From a virus, in IMG/VR virus record IMGVR_UViG_3300020383_000001, positions 1 to 64,000 of that record: a DNA stretch of 64,000 nt. One strand, given 5' to 3'. The notes below the pieces were generated by a model. The model was not told the DNA's origin and did no database searches. It saw only the letters and a program-made list of their open reading frames with translations. Below, piece after piece: positions 26,876 to 38,079 of this stretch. The position numbers and the translations under genes were made by a program. The first letter of the stretch is position 1; every line of letters starts with the position of its first letter.

Positions 26876-29035
26876 ATGGTAGAAGAAAATAGTACTAAAC
26901 CTAAAACAGAAAGCCCATATGTTCATTCACCTTTAACTGAGTGGGAAAATGAGCCTACTGTTTTAGATCTAAAAGAAGATCTCCAAAATGCACAATCAGA
27001 CCATAATGCAGCAACCCAACGTATTAATAGTTGGCTTGATCATTTAAACATTACTGGTGAAGCTAAACCAAAAACAAAGAAAGGTCGGTCTAGTATTCAA
27101 CCTAGGCTAATCCGTAAACAAGCTGAGTGGAGATACTCTTCACTTAGTGAGCCTTTTTTGAGTACCCCAGATCTGTTTGATATCAATCCAGTAACATACG
27201 AAGATAAAGCTGCAGCACAGCAGAATGCTTTATTACTTAACAACCAATTCAATACCAAACTAGATAAAGTAAAGTTTATTAACGAGTATGTGCGCACTGG
27301 TGTAAATGAAGGCACGATTATCGTTAAGTTGGGTTGGGAAAACGAAGAAGAAGATTACGAAGAAGAAGAACCAGTATTTGAATTACGACCTGCGAAATCA
27401 CAAGAAGAAATTGCAGCTATTCAATCATTGGCTCAAATGGCTCAAGCTAATCCTCAACAGTTCCAGCAGGAAATACCAGTAGAATTCCAAGAAGCTCTGA
27501 CAATGAGTATGCAGAATAATGCTCCATATTTCCCGGAGCAGACTGGTACTGAGACAGTTGAGAAAACTCGCATAATTAAAAACCAGCCAAGTATTGAGAT
27601 CTGTGACTACAAATCAGTAGTAGTAGACCCTACTTGTAAAGGGGACCTTAGTAAAGCAAACTTTATCATTCACTCTTTTGAAACTTCAATGAGCGAATTA
27701 AAGCGTGATGGTCGTTACACTAATCTGGATAAAATCTTAATTGATGAAGCTTCTCCATTACGTGACCCAGATTCTCAGTATGGTGATGCGCCTACATTCA
27801 GATTTAAAGACGAACCACGTAAAATCATCATGGCTCATGAGTACTGGGGTTACTGGGATATCGATGGTAGTGGTATCGTTAAACCTATTGTGGCTACTTT
27901 TGTAGGCCAAACAATGATTCGTATGGAAGAAAACCCATTCCCTGATGGCGAACTTCCGTTTGTATTGGTTAAATATTTGCCTACCAAGAATGCTGTATAT
28001 GGTGAAGCAGATGCAGAACTTCTAGTTGATAATCAGAAAATTGCTGGCGCTGTTACCCGAGGCATGATTGATATCATGGGTAGATCTGCAAATGGTCAGA
28101 TAGGGGCCCGCAAAGATGCACTAGACGTTGTAAACCGTCGTAAATTTATCGATGGTGAGGACTACGAATACAACCCTAACGTAGATCCTCGTATGGCTTT
28201 TTATCAGCATACATATCCAGAAATTCCTGAGTCTGCTCATGTTATGTTGCAGTACCAGAATAATGAAGCAGAAGCTCTTACAGGTGTTAAAGCATTCTCT
28301 CAAGGTATTAGTGGTCAGGCACTTGGTACTACTGCTACAGGTGTTCGTAGTGCACTAGATGCTACTGCCAAACGTGACTTAGATATCTTACGTAGACTCT
28401 CACAAGGTTTAGAGAAAATAGGTCGTAAGATTATTGCAATGAATAGTGCTTTCTTATCAGAAGAAGAGATAGTTCGAGTAACAAATGAAGAGTTTGTCCC
28501 TATTCGTAGAGATGATTTAAAAGGTAACTTTGATTTACGTTTGACAATCTCTACTGCAGAAGCAGATAATCAGAAAGCACAAGAACTTTCGTTTATGTTG
28601 CAAACACTTGGACCTAACACAAGTTTTGATGTTACTAAGCTAATACTTGCAGATATTGCTAAGTTACGTAAAATGCCAACATTAGCGAAAAGAATTGAGG
28701 AATATCAGCCACAACCAGATCCAGTTCAACAACAATTGCAGCAACTGGAGTTAATGAAGTTACAGGCTGAGATTGAAAAGATTAAATCTGAAACAATGCA
28801 CAAAGGTACCGGTGCTCAATTGAATTCAGCTAAAGCAGTTTCTGAACAAGCTAAAGCTGTTAATATTCAATCTGAAACAGACTTAAATAATCTTGAGTAT
28901 GTGGAAGAAGAAACTGGTACTAAACATGAAAGAGAATTACAGAAACAACAAGCTCAAGCTATGGGCAATGCTCAACTTGAGGTTGTAAAAGCACAACTTG
29001 CTAGAGCAGCCAATAACGATAACCAGGGGCAATAA
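26876..29035 (+). CDS. portal protein (N4 gp59-like position and size)
   Basis: 719 aa, between the fibre genes and the scaffold/capsid genes, matching the N4 late-block order. Confidence 0.55.
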   Translation: MVEENSTKPKTESPYVHSPLTEWENEPTVLDLKEDLQNAQSDHNAATQRINSWLDHLNITGEAKPKTKKGRSSIQPRLIRKQAEWRYSSLSEPFLSTPDLFDINPVTYEDKAAAQQNALLLNNQFNTKLDKVKFINEYVRTGVNEGTIIVKLGWENEEEDYEEEEPVFELRPAKSQEEIAAIQSLAQMAQANPQQFQQEIPVEFQEALTMSMQNNAPYFPEQTGTETVEKTRIIKNQPSIEICDYKSVVVDPTCKGDLSKANFIIHSFETSMSELKRDGRYTNLDKILIDEASPLRDPDSQYGDAPTFRFKDEPRKIIMAHEYWGYWDIDGSGIVKPIVATFVGQTMIRMEENPFPDGELPFVLVKYLPTKNAVYGEADAELLVDNQKIAGAVTRGMIDIMGRSANGQIGARKDALDVVNRRKFIDGEDYEYNPNVDPRMAFYQHTYPEIPESAHVMLQYQNNEAEALTGVKAFSQGISGQALGTTATGVRSALDATAKRDLDILRRLSQGLEKIGRKIIAMNSAFLSEEEIVRVTNEEFVPIRRDDLKGNFDLRLTISTAEADNQKAQELSFMLQTLGPNTSFDVTKLILADIAKLRKMPTLAKRIEEYQPQPDPVQQQLQQLELMKLQAEIEKIKSETMHKGTGAQLNSAKAVSEQAKAVNIQSETDLNNLEYVEEETGTKHERELQKQQAQAMGNAQLEVVKAQLARAANNDNQGQ

Positions 29036-29064
29036 GTCCCTACTCCCAATCTCAACCCATAAGG

Positions 29065-29433
29065 GTGAGGACAATAAGAGGTAATACCATGAAAAATGAA
29101 GACCAACAAAATCAGATTCAATTATCAATGCAGCAAGCTAAAGATATGCTAGGTAAACGTGATGCTTTACGTAAGCTGCTAGAAAACAAAGAGTTTGATG
29201 CTTTGATTAACAAAGGTTACTTTGACGGTGAAGCTGCTCGCTTAGTTGCTTTGAAGGCTGACCCGGAAATGCAAAACGAACGGAGTCAGAAAGCTATTGA
29301 TGATCAGATTACTGCTGTAGGTCAGTTCCGTCTGTATCTGCGCACTATTTTCCAACAAGGCCAAATGGCTGAGAAAGCCCTTGCAGATGCTGAAGCAGAA
29401 CAAGCGGCTATTTTGGAACAAGAAGCAGAATAA
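29065..29433 (+). CDS. hypothetical protein (122 aa)
   Basis: Listed ORF between portal and scaffold-like gene. Confidence 0.35.
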   Translation: MRTIRGNTMKNEDQQNQIQLSMQQAKDMLGKRDALRKLLENKEFDALINKGYFDGEAARLVALKADPEMQNERSQKAIDDQITAVGQFRLYLRTIFQQGQMAEKALADAEAEQAAILEQEAE

Positions 29434-29446
29434 GGGGTAGTCTGTT

Positions 29447-30655
29447 ATGGCTGGAAGTGACAAGAAGAACCCTCTGGATTTGACTGATGAAGAACTCATG
29501 CAAATGAGTTTGGAAGACATGGCATCCTATGAGGAACCTGACGAAGACACTTCTGAAGACACAGATGAAAATGAAGATGCTGGCCAAGAGCCGGCATCTA
29601 CTGTATCTGACGAAGAAGACGAAACTGATGATGAAGAATCAGAAGAAGATCCAGAACAAGAAGAAGAACCTGCTGATGATGAAGATGACAGCGAGGAAAC
29701 GGATTCTGAAGATGATTCATCAGAAGAGTCAGATGACGAAGAAGTAACAGAAAAAGAGTCAGATGAAGAAGGCGAAGACGATTCCGATGAGGAATCGGAT
29801 GAAGCCGACCCAGATGATGAAATTGATTATAAAGCTGAGTACATGCGTTTAACAGCACCTTTCCGTGCAAACGGAAAAGATATGCAAGTTAAGAACGTAG
29901 ACGAAGCAATCACACTCATGCAAATGGGTGCGAATTACAATAAAAAGATGGCTGCGCTGAAGCCAAATCTTAAGCTCATGAAGATGCTCGATAATGAGGA
30001 ACTATTGGACGAAGGCAAACTTTCACACTTAATTGATTTAAGTAAGAAGAATCCAGAAGCCATAGCTAAACTCATTAAAGACGCTAACATTGATCCTTTG
30101 GATTTGGATTTAGACAAAAGCTCCGAATACAAACCCAACACTTACACTGTCAATGATAAAGAAGTGGAATTAGATTCTACCCTTGAAGATCTACAAGGCA
30201 CTCCAGGATTTGATCGCACTATCGACGTTATTAGCAATAAGTGGGATGAAAATAGTCGGAGGTTTATAGTTGATAACCCAGGTGTTATTCGTGTCATTAA
30301 TGAACACATGAACCGACAATATAGCGGCTCCACTGTGTACGATACGGTAACTACTGAAGTTGAACGCCAAAAAGCTTTAGGCCAGTTATCAGGACTTTCG
30401 GATATTGAAGCTTACAAAGTAGTAGGTGATCAGATTTTTGGTACGGCTCAACAGCAGCAACAAAAGCCTGCTGCAGCTCAGAAGAAAACTGTGAAGCGTT
30501 CTACAAGTAAGGCTGAAGATCCTAAACTTAAGCAAAAACGCAAAGCCGCGAGCCCTACTAAGACCAAGGCATCTAAGAAGCAAGACACTAACTTTAACCC
30601 GTTAGAGCTTCCAGATGACGAGATCGAGAAGATGGTTCAAGGCAAATTCTTATAA
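29447..30655 (+). CDS. highly acidic protein, putative scaffolding protein
   Basis: About 110-aa tract almost entirely D/E/S/T, then a Lys-rich C-terminus; lies between portal and major capsid. Confidence 0.4.
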   Translation: MAGSDKKNPLDLTDEELMQMSLEDMASYEEPDEDTSEDTDENEDAGQEPASTVSDEEDETDDEESEEDPEQEEEPADDEDDSEETDSEDDSSEESDDEEVTEKESDEEGEDDSDEESDEADPDDEIDYKAEYMRLTAPFRANGKDMQVKNVDEAITLMQMGANYNKKMAALKPNLKLMKMLDNEELLDEGKLSHLIDLSKKNPEAIAKLIKDANIDPLDLDLDKSSEYKPNTYTVNDKEVELDSTLEDLQGTPGFDRTIDVISNKWDENSRRFIVDNPGVIRVINEHMNRQYSGSTVYDTVTTEVERQKALGQLSGLSDIEAYKVVGDQIFGTAQQQQQKPAAAQKKTVKRSTSKAEDPKLKQKRKAASPTKTKASKKQDTNFNPLELPDDEIEKMVQGKFL

Positions 30656-30674
30656 CAGTGTGAGGTAATTAGTT

Positions 30675-31859
30675 ATGCCACGTATTTATAACGATCCTGC
30701 TGGTGGTAGTCCGTCTCAAATCGGTCCACAGTTTAATACTTTCTTCTATTCGAAGAAGGCACTTATTGAAGCTCAACGTGAGCAATACTTTATGCAGTTG
30801 GCTGATGTTACATCTATGCCTAAGCATTTTGGTAAAACCATTAAAAAGTTCCACTACCTGCCGTTGCTTGATGACCGTAACGTAAACGACCAAGGTATTG
30901 ATGCTTCTGGTGCTACCATCTCTAACGGTAACCTTTATGGTTCAAGCAAAGACGTAGGCACCATTGCTGGTAAACTACCTGCTTTGTCTGAAACTGGTGG
31001 TCGTGTTAACCGTGTTGGCTTCAAACGTATCGAGCTAGAAGGCTCAATTGAGAAGTTCGGTTTCTTTGATGAATACACCAAAGACTCGCTTGACTTCGAT
31101 ACTGATGAAGAACTGGAAATGCACGTTTATCGTGAAATGGTTAACGGTGCTTCTGAAATCACAGAAGATGCTTTGCAAATTGACTTGCTGAATGCTGCTG
31201 GTGTTGTACGTTTTGGTGGTGAAGCTACCTCTGACGCAACTATGACCGGTGAAGCAGGTGCAACCGCTTCTGAAGTACAGTACGATGACTTGGTTAAAAT
31301 TGGTATCGAACTAGACCAGAACCGTACTCCTAAGCACACTAAGATCATCACTGGTACTCGTATGATCGATACTAAGGTGGTGCATTCAGCGCGTTATATG
31401 TACATTGGTTCAGAGTTGTTGCCAACCGTACAACGCATGAAAGACTACCACAACGAGAAAGCATTCGTTGGTGTTGAACATTACGCTGCTGCTGGTACCG
31501 TTGCTCGAGGTGAAGTTGGTAAGATTGGCGACTTCCGTCTACTTGTTGTACCAGAAATGATGCACTGGTCTGGCGCAGGTGCTACTGTTACTGATAACGC
31601 CGGTTACCATGAAACTTCTGGTAAGTACGACGTCTTCCCAATGTTGGTTGTTGGTGATGCTTCATTCACTACTATTGGTTTCCAAACTGATGGTAAGACT
31701 GTGAAGTTCAAGATCACTCACAAAAAACCAGGTGAAGAAACTGCAGACCGTACTGACCCATATGGTGAAACTGGGTTTATGTCTATCAAGTGGTTCTACG
31801 GTACAATGATTCTGCGTCCAGAACGCATTGCATTGATGAAAACTGTAGCACGTATGTAA
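30675..31859 (+). CDS. major capsid protein (N4 gp56-like)
   Basis: 394 aa; followed by a strong GC hairpin as expected for a highly expressed gene; position and size match N4 gp56. Confidence 0.7.
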   Translation: MPRIYNDPAGGSPSQIGPQFNTFFYSKKALIEAQREQYFMQLADVTSMPKHFGKTIKKFHYLPLLDDRNVNDQGIDASGATISNGNLYGSSKDVGTIAGKLPALSETGGRVNRVGFKRIELEGSIEKFGFFDEYTKDSLDFDTDEELEMHVYREMVNGASEITEDALQIDLLNAAGVVRFGGEATSDATMTGEAGATASEVQYDDLVKIGIELDQNRTPKHTKIITGTRMIDTKVVHSARYMYIGSELLPTVQRMKDYHNEKAFVGVEHYAAAGTVARGEVGKIGDFRLLVVPEMMHWSGAGATVTDNAGYHETSGKYDVFPMLVVGDASFTTIGFQTDGKTVKFKITHKKPGEETADRTDPYGETGFMSIKWFYGTMILRPERIALMKTVARM

Positions 31860-31876
31860 GACATAGTTTACTAACT

Positions 31877-31895
31877 GGGCCCTTCGGGGCCCTTT
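31877..31895 (+). terminator. terminator or RNA-stabilising hairpin after the capsid gene
   Basis: GGGCCC-TTCG-GGGCCC followed by TTT. Confidence 0.55.
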
Positions 31896-31941
31896 ACACT
31901 GAACAGGGGTTTCACCCTCTTTACAAAGATAGGTAATAGTT

Positions 31942-32553
31942 ATGACCGATAATACAAAGAATCCCGCAGAAATGACTCCGGAAGAACAAGAGAAGTTCCA
32001 ACTACAACAAGCTAAAGCTCAAGCGGATAAATTGGGCATTAAGTATAGTCCCAACATTGGCTTGGATACCCTAAATGAAAAGATTGAAGCTCGGGAAGCA
32101 GAATTAGCTGATGAAAAAGAAGAAAAAGCTCCTACAGAGCAAAAAACTGCTACTGTTGATGATACATCAGGTAGCACAGAAAACCCTGCTCAACGTGCTG
32201 CTCGTTTACGTAATGAAGCATTGAAGCTTGTACGTGTAAATGTGATGTGCATGAACCCAAGTAAGAAAGAGTGGGATGGTGAAATTATTTCAGTATCGAA
32301 TCGCTTCATTGGCACAGTGAAGAAATTTGTTAAATTCAATACTGAAGATGGTTACCATATTCCTCAAGCAATTCTGAATGTATTGGAAGCTCGCCAGTTC
32401 CAAACATTTGTAACTAAAACCAATGACAAAGGTATGAAGTACCGTGAAGGTAAACTTGTACCTGAATTTAACATTCAAAAATTGCCTGCGCTGACCCAAG
32501 AAGAATTGGATGAGCTTGCACGTAAGCAAGCAGCAGCAGACGGCAAACTGTAA
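31942..32553 (+). CDS. hypothetical virion protein (203 aa)
   Basis: Position after the capsid gene. Confidence 0.35.
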   Translation: MTDNTKNPAEMTPEEQEKFQLQQAKAQADKLGIKYSPNIGLDTLNEKIEAREAELADEKEEKAPTEQKTATVDDTSGSTENPAQRAARLRNEALKLVRVNVMCMNPSKKEWDGEIISVSNRFIGTVKKFVKFNTEDGYHIPQAILNVLEARQFQTFVTKTNDKGMKYREGKLVPEFNIQKLPALTQEELDELARKQAAADGKL

Positions 32554-32569
32554 ATAACGGAGTAATCAG

Positions 32570-33778
32570 ATGACCCTTGATCAGATCAGAGAGCTTACTA
32601 GCCATGCCAAAGATGGTGATGGTGTATTTGACGCTTTAATGCGTTCTTTTAAAGCACATATCCAAGAGGAGTTCACAAAAGGTCGGATTAAGGGCTCTGA
32701 TTACTCTAACGTTTACTTAAATGGTTTAAACACGGTAATGGGCCAAGCGGCCCAATATCTCCTTTCTAAAGAGCAATCAGACGCTCAAGTAGCATTACTA
32801 GAAGCACAAACAGCACAGACTGTTTCCCAGACTGCTTTAACAGATGCTGAGAAAGACCGGGTAGATGCTCAGGTACTTCAAGTACAAGCAGAAACTACTA
32901 ATATCCAGGAACAAAAATTCTTAATCCAGGAACAAGTAACTTCTGAGCAGTTACGACAAAATCAATTAGGCTCTCAAACTATTTTAACGGATAAACAAGC
33001 TTTAGTTGCTGAAAAAGATGCAGCCATCAAAGAACAACAACGTTTGAATCTTATTGATGAGAATGCACAAATAACTGCACAAACTAGCTTAATAAATAAT
33101 CAAGCTACACAAACAGAAAGAGAGAGCGACCGGTTAATTGCGCAAACTCTACTACTCGAGAAACAGACACTAAGCGAATCTGAACGTACTAATTTATTGG
33201 CTAAACAAGTACTTCAAGAAGCAGCTAATACAAGCTTAACTAATTCACAAAAAACTTTAGCGGATAAGCAAGCTCTTAAGCTTGATGAAGATATTTCGTT
33301 AACTGAACAGCAAGTGATTAATGCTTCCAAACAAGCACTTCAAATAGATGCACAAACTGATCAGATTACTCAACAAACTGCTAAATTAGTTTCTGATAAG
33401 TCTTTGGTAGATAAACAGGTTCTTTTAACAGAAGAACAAATCACTAATGCGTCCAATCAAGGACAACAAATCCAGAAGCAAACATTAAAACTTGAGTCAG
33501 AGATTGCACTACTGGATCAGAAAGTAGATACCGAAAAAGCACAAGTAATGGACACTTTAGGCACCACTCCAATAGCTGGCAGTATTGGTCGCCAGAATGC
33601 TCTGTATGAAGCTCAGAAAGATGGCTTCAAACGTGATGCAGAGCAGAAGATAGCTAAGCTGCTGATTGATACTTACTCTGTAAGATTAACGCAGGACAAT
33701 ACTACATTACCCCCATCATCACTGGCAGATAGTAATATTGATACTGTAGTGAATAAAGCAATTGCAGGGCTTGATTAA
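32570..33778 (+). CDS. Gln-rich coiled-coil virion protein (N4 gp54-like position)
   Basis: Q/L/T-rich heptad-like sequence throughout. Confidence 0.4.
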   Translation: MTLDQIRELTSHAKDGDGVFDALMRSFKAHIQEEFTKGRIKGSDYSNVYLNGLNTVMGQAAQYLLSKEQSDAQVALLEAQTAQTVSQTALTDAEKDRVDAQVLQVQAETTNIQEQKFLIQEQVTSEQLRQNQLGSQTILTDKQALVAEKDAAIKEQQRLNLIDENAQITAQTSLINNQATQTERESDRLIAQTLLLEKQTLSESERTNLLAKQVLQEAANTSLTNSQKTLADKQALKLDEDISLTEQQVINASKQALQIDAQTDQITQQTAKLVSDKSLVDKQVLLTEEQITNASNQGQQIQKQTLKLESEIALLDQKVDTEKAQVMDTLGTTPIAGSIGRQNALYEAQKDGFKRDAEQKIAKLLIDTYSVRLTQDNTTLPPSSLADSNIDTVVNKAIAGLD

Positions 33779-36012
33779 TGGGGTTATTCAGCAGTAAAAC
33801 TAAAATTACTGTAGATGTTGTTGGTACCCCTGTTGTAGAAGATAAACAAGATTTTACAACTAACGCAGTATTGAAAGGTGTTATAGGGAATACCAGCGTA
33901 TCAGATAGTTTGTTAGAAGCCTCCACTGGGGGCTTCTATGCTTCTGTGAACCAATACTTCAATCGAGCCAAAGCTAAAGGTAGTGTGAGTCTACCAATAG
34001 CCCGTAGTTTATCTGGCTCAGCTTCTGAAGCAGATTTAAAAAGCGCAGTTACTCAATACGCAGGGGAAATGGTCGTTATTGAGGATATTCAAACATCCGG
34101 CCCTATTGCTAATTCTATTGCCTTATTTGAAATGGATGTACTCTATGGTTTGGACTACACCACAAAGAAAACACGACTGCCTATCGATCCAGAAACTGAT
34201 GCGGACTATGATTGCGACTACTATTTTATAGGTGCTCACTTTGAGTTCTCCATTGAAACTTTCGAATACAATCTCTTAGTAATTGACTATGAAAGAGTAG
34301 TTCCTGCTGTATTAGATGATGACGGTAACACAGTAACTCCTGAGAGTAGAACCTTACACACTACAGAATTACTTATGCCTGATGTTTCAGAAGATGAAGC
34401 ATTTCTCTATGTTATCTTTTACGCACTAGAAGACCCAGAAAAGCGTAGACGTATTTGGGTGTATGAATTAAGTACTAATCGGTATACGGGAATAGAAATG
34501 TTCTCGGCTTACCAAGCTCATAATTATTTACCTATTGTACCGATACGCCGTAATAAACAAAATCTGACAGATAGACAGGGTACGGAAGCGTTCAAACAGT
34601 ACAGTTGGATGATGGACCGTTTAGGGCTTAATTTAGAAGAAATTACAGATGCTATTATGAATGAAGATAATGGCAACGACCCTGAACAGATTGAAGAAGT
34701 ATTCATGCTTTTTGCTGCTGATATAGCCAGTGAAGAACCCAGTACTAAAAAGTACCTATGGGAGTACTTTAATAATTTAAGTAAATACCAGTACCAAACC
34801 AAAACTGAGTTTGAAGCTTGGCTTAATAATCGTACTCACCTAGCCCCAATTAATTTAATTGAAATTGTAGACAATGAGTTTAAATACGCATTGGCATTTA
34901 ATTATATTGAAGTAGAAGATATCTATGACTTCAGTTACAGCACTATGTTTAGTTCTGGAAGTAGGAAAGGAGAGGTAAAAACTAAAATAGTTATAGGTCA
35001 GCCTATTCCTCAGTACATTGATGAAGTGCGTTTAGATGACTTAGAAACGTCTAAGTTCATCATAGAAAAAGTTGTGAATGATAACCACATTAAAAGAATT
35101 ACTGTTCATGGCTTATTTTCAATGCACGAAGCTTATCGCACAAATGAACTACCTCCTGGTCAAGATAATACTTTTCAAGAGCCCGGTGGTTATTGGGTAA
35201 AACGTACATTAACAGATGCTAAATTATCAACAACTGACCCAGATAATGAAGACAAAGGATTTTACATACCTGTAGCTAAAAATTTTGTAGATAAGTTACC
35301 TGCAATACAACGTTCTGAACTATACCAAGATACAATGAATATCATTGTGTATGCGGTAAATAAACAGAAAGTAAAATGGTATGAACGTGGTATGTTTAAA
35401 GTAGCTTTGGTTTTAGTAGCTATAGCTGTTACATATTTTACAGGGGACTTTACTGCTTTAAGTTGGGCTACGGCTTTAAGCTTTGTAACTAACTTAGTAG
35501 TTAACCTAATCATAGGAGAACTAATAAGCCAAGCTTTAACAAATGTTGTTGCAATATTAGGCATTGAAAATGCTGCCATACTAGCAGCTATTGCTTCCAT
35601 TGTTGCATTCACTACTGGACGATTTAATGCAGAAATGGCTGTATCTTGGGCAGATGATTTACTTAAAGCTTCTATGTGGGGCTTACAAGCAGTAGGCAAA
35701 GAAATCCAAAATGAGCTTGGTGATTTACTTAGTGAATCAGAAACTTTCTTTGATATGCTCCAAGAAAAATATGATGAACTGGAAGAAATAGATGAAATGC
35801 TCAAAGGGGATACCAACATAGATTATGTCTACTTACAAAACCAAGCAAGACAGGAAATCTATATTGAAGACCCTAGTATGTTTTACCTTAGAACAATACA
35901 TAATAGTAACCCCGGAGTATTGTCTAAAGATATGATAAGTACTTATGTGGACCGCAAGCTTAAATTGCCAGACATTAATGAATTGACTAAACTGTTCAAA
36001 AAGAATACATGA
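33778..36012 (+). CDS. internal virion/ejection protein with a C-terminal transmembrane cluster
   Basis: 744 aa; hydrophobic block VALVLVAIAVTYF...LIIGELISQALTNVVAILGI... Confidence 0.4.
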   Translation: MGLFSSKTKITVDVVGTPVVEDKQDFTTNAVLKGVIGNTSVSDSLLEASTGGFYASVNQYFNRAKAKGSVSLPIARSLSGSASEADLKSAVTQYAGEMVVIEDIQTSGPIANSIALFEMDVLYGLDYTTKKTRLPIDPETDADYDCDYYFIGAHFEFSIETFEYNLLVIDYERVVPAVLDDDGNTVTPESRTLHTTELLMPDVSEDEAFLYVIFYALEDPEKRRRIWVYELSTNRYTGIEMFSAYQAHNYLPIVPIRRNKQNLTDRQGTEAFKQYSWMMDRLGLNLEEITDAIMNEDNGNDPEQIEEVFMLFAADIASEEPSTKKYLWEYFNNLSKYQYQTKTEFEAWLNNRTHLAPINLIEIVDNEFKYALAFNYIEVEDIYDFSYSTMFSSGSRKGEVKTKIVIGQPIPQYIDEVRLDDLETSKFIIEKVVNDNHIKRITVHGLFSMHEAYRTNELPPGQDNTFQEPGGYWVKRTLTDAKLSTTDPDNEDKGFYIPVAKNFVDKLPAIQRSELYQDTMNIIVYAVNKQKVKWYERGMFKVALVLVAIAVTYFTGDFTALSWATALSFVTNLVVNLIIGELISQALTNVVAILGIENAAILAAIASIVAFTTGRFNAEMAVSWADDLLKASMWGLQAVGKEIQNELGDLLSESETFFDMLQEKYDELEEIDEMLKGDTNIDYVYLQNQARQEIYIEDPSMFYLRTIHNSNPGVLSKDMISTYVDRKLKLPDINELTKLFKKNT

Positions 36013-36022
36013 GGGTAAGTGA

Positions 36023-36526
36023 ATGAATGGTAGTAACCTATTTGGATTAAATATCCCTAACTTTAATATACCTGGCTTAGATACTTCTGGGTTTATGTCT
36101 TCTGGACAGTTACAACAAAATGTTGATCAAGGTTTCAGTCCTCAAGCGTTGTCTCAACAGTTTACAGGACAAGCGAATCAACCTTGGTTTGACTCGAGTG
36201 CATTACCTACTCCAGAAGCATCTGGAGGATTAAGTGAAACGCTTTTTGGAGCCAATGGTAGCCCAGGTTGGCTTAATGGTGGTGTAAGTGTCTTAGGCGG
36301 CTTAGCTAATACTTGGTTAGGTATGCAGCAGTATGGACTAGCTAAAGAAAGTTTTAACTTTAACCGTAATCTGGCCACACAGAATTATGAGAACCAAGCA
36401 CAGCTAACTAACCGTGCATTAGAGGCTTCATTAAAACGAAATGCTATTGCACAAGGTAAAGACCAAAACCAAGCTGTTTCTGAAGGTATGGCTAAATGGG
36501 GCATTGACGAGAAAATAGGAGCCTAA
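36023..36526 (+). CDS. hypothetical virion protein (167 aa)
   Basis: Position in the N4-like gp51-gp53 block. Confidence 0.35.
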   Translation: MNGSNLFGLNIPNFNIPGLDTSGFMSSGQLQQNVDQGFSPQALSQQFTGQANQPWFDSSALPTPEASGGLSETLFGANGSPGWLNGGVSVLGGLANTWLGMQQYGLAKESFNFNRNLATQNYENQAQLTNRALEASLKRNAIAQGKDQNQAVSEGMAKWGIDEKIGA

Positions 36527-36527
36527 T

Positions 36528-37988
36528 ATGAGTCTTACTTGGAGAGATGTAGTATCCAGAGGTACTGGTAATCCATCCTCACTGATGGGTCAAGCAGGTA
36601 CGAGTATTAACCGTGGGTTACAAAGCCTTCAGGATTTAGGGGCTCAGTATCAGGAAGCCAATACATTAAAACAACAAGAACAAGAAGCAGAGAACCTTGC
36701 TAGATTCCAGCAATTTGCATCTGGTTTAGACAGTTCTCAACTACAAGCATTGCAGCAATCAAATGCCTTAGATAGTGCTTTACAACAGTTTGGAGTTAAA
36801 CGGGCTGATGCTTTACCGGCTCTTAACAACATCTTAGAACAACAGAATACTTTGAAAGCACAAGAGCAGCAATTGAGAGCCAATGATTATAATTTCCAAC
36901 GTGGGCGTACTGAAGATCAACGTGCAGACGAGTTGTATACACAAAAACAGCAATATAGTAATTTAAGAAATGCTGTCGGCAATATAGGCGAAGAAGCTAT
37001 CGACTTAGCCAACAAAGGTGAGATTACTACATCTGAAGCAGAAAGAATGCTTAAAGACAAAGTTTCTTCTTTGCCTGGTTATCAAGAGTTCGGTGATGAA
37101 ATTGCTGAACAGGGTTTACTTAAACCTTATATTGAACGCATCAAAACTTCGCAAAAACTATCAGAAGATGAGGCTACTATTTATAGTGGTGCTTCTAACT
37201 TTGTGGAAAGTGAAGCAGCTCGTAGGGCTGAGTTATTAAATCAAGAAGCTCAACAAGAATTGTCTCGTTTAGAAGCAGGATATCGTGTAGTTGAAGATAT
37301 CAACCAATTTGAAGGTTCACCTGCTACAGCAGTTCAAGAAGCTATTCAGAAAAACGCTAAAGATGCTGGCCTTGATTTAGCAGACCTAACTGGTGAGGAC
37401 GAAGAAATACCTCAAACAGCTGCTTCACTTTTAAGTGAATTCGAGAAGCTTAAAAAACAAGAAGAGTATAAAGATTTACCCTCTGGAGTTGTAGTTAATG
37501 CTGCTAGAAGAACACAACTTGACGATGCTTTCTATGGTGTAAATGAGCCAAGTGATGATGAATTACAGAAAATATTGAAAATTGCGGCAGATGAGTATAA
37601 AGCTGGTTTAGCTGATCATGAGACTTATATAAATAGACAGAACAGACTTAAAGAACAGCTTAATGATCTAGATAAACTTAAAGCCAATAAGCTAATTGAG
37701 CTTTCTAAGCAAGCCAAACAAAAAAGAGCTGATGCAAATAAAGGCAAAGGCTTCCAAAGTATTGCAGAGCTATTTGATGTTGAGGAATTCAACAAAAAGT
37801 TAGATGAGTTTGTTGTAACCGGTGGTAAAGGTAATAATAATACTGACAATACAAATGATGAACCAACACCTGAAGAAACAGAGCAAGCCCGTCAAGATGC
37901 TCTATTAGAAAGGGCTCTTCGAAGAATGGAAAGACTAAATGCTGCAGACAAAGCTAATCCCCTCTCACAATTCTCTCCAAAATTCTAA
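36528..37988 (+). CDS. hypothetical virion protein (486 aa), coiled-coil rich
   Basis: Immediately upstream of the vRNAP gene, as N4 gp51 is. Confidence 0.4.
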   Translation: MSLTWRDVVSRGTGNPSSLMGQAGTSINRGLQSLQDLGAQYQEANTLKQQEQEAENLARFQQFASGLDSSQLQALQQSNALDSALQQFGVKRADALPALNNILEQQNTLKAQEQQLRANDYNFQRGRTEDQRADELYTQKQQYSNLRNAVGNIGEEAIDLANKGEITTSEAERMLKDKVSSLPGYQEFGDEIAEQGLLKPYIERIKTSQKLSEDEATIYSGASNFVESEAARRAELLNQEAQQELSRLEAGYRVVEDINQFEGSPATAVQEAIQKNAKDAGLDLADLTGEDEEIPQTAASLLSEFEKLKKQEEYKDLPSGVVVNAARRTQLDDAFYGVNEPSDDELQKILKIAADEYKAGLADHETYINRQNRLKEQLNDLDKLKANKLIELSKQAKQKRADANKGKGFQSIAELFDVEEFNKKLDEFVVTGGKGNNNTDNTNDEPTPEETEQARQDALLERALRRMERLNAADKANPLSQFSPKF

Positions 37989-37995
37989 AATACCT

Positions 37996-38019
37996 AGCCA
38001 CCTTCGGGTGGCTTTTTTA
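37996..38019 (+). terminator. rho-independent terminator
   Basis: AGCCACC-TTCG-GGTGGCT followed by TTTTTT. Confidence 0.6.
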
Positions 38020-38079
38020 TTACTTTCCGATTAAAGTAAGCCAAATAGAAAGCGCATAAACTACCTCGCAGGAGCTAAA

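Noticed and set aside
29529-29870. ORFs 29529..29747 (+, Lys/Met-rich) and 29598..29870 (-, Leu/His-rich) overlapping the acidic scaffold-like gene
   Set aside because: They are alternative-frame and antisense readings of the GAA/GAT-rich acidic tract: frame-shifted GAAGA repeats give Lys, and the antisense gives Leu/Ser. They are not independent genes.
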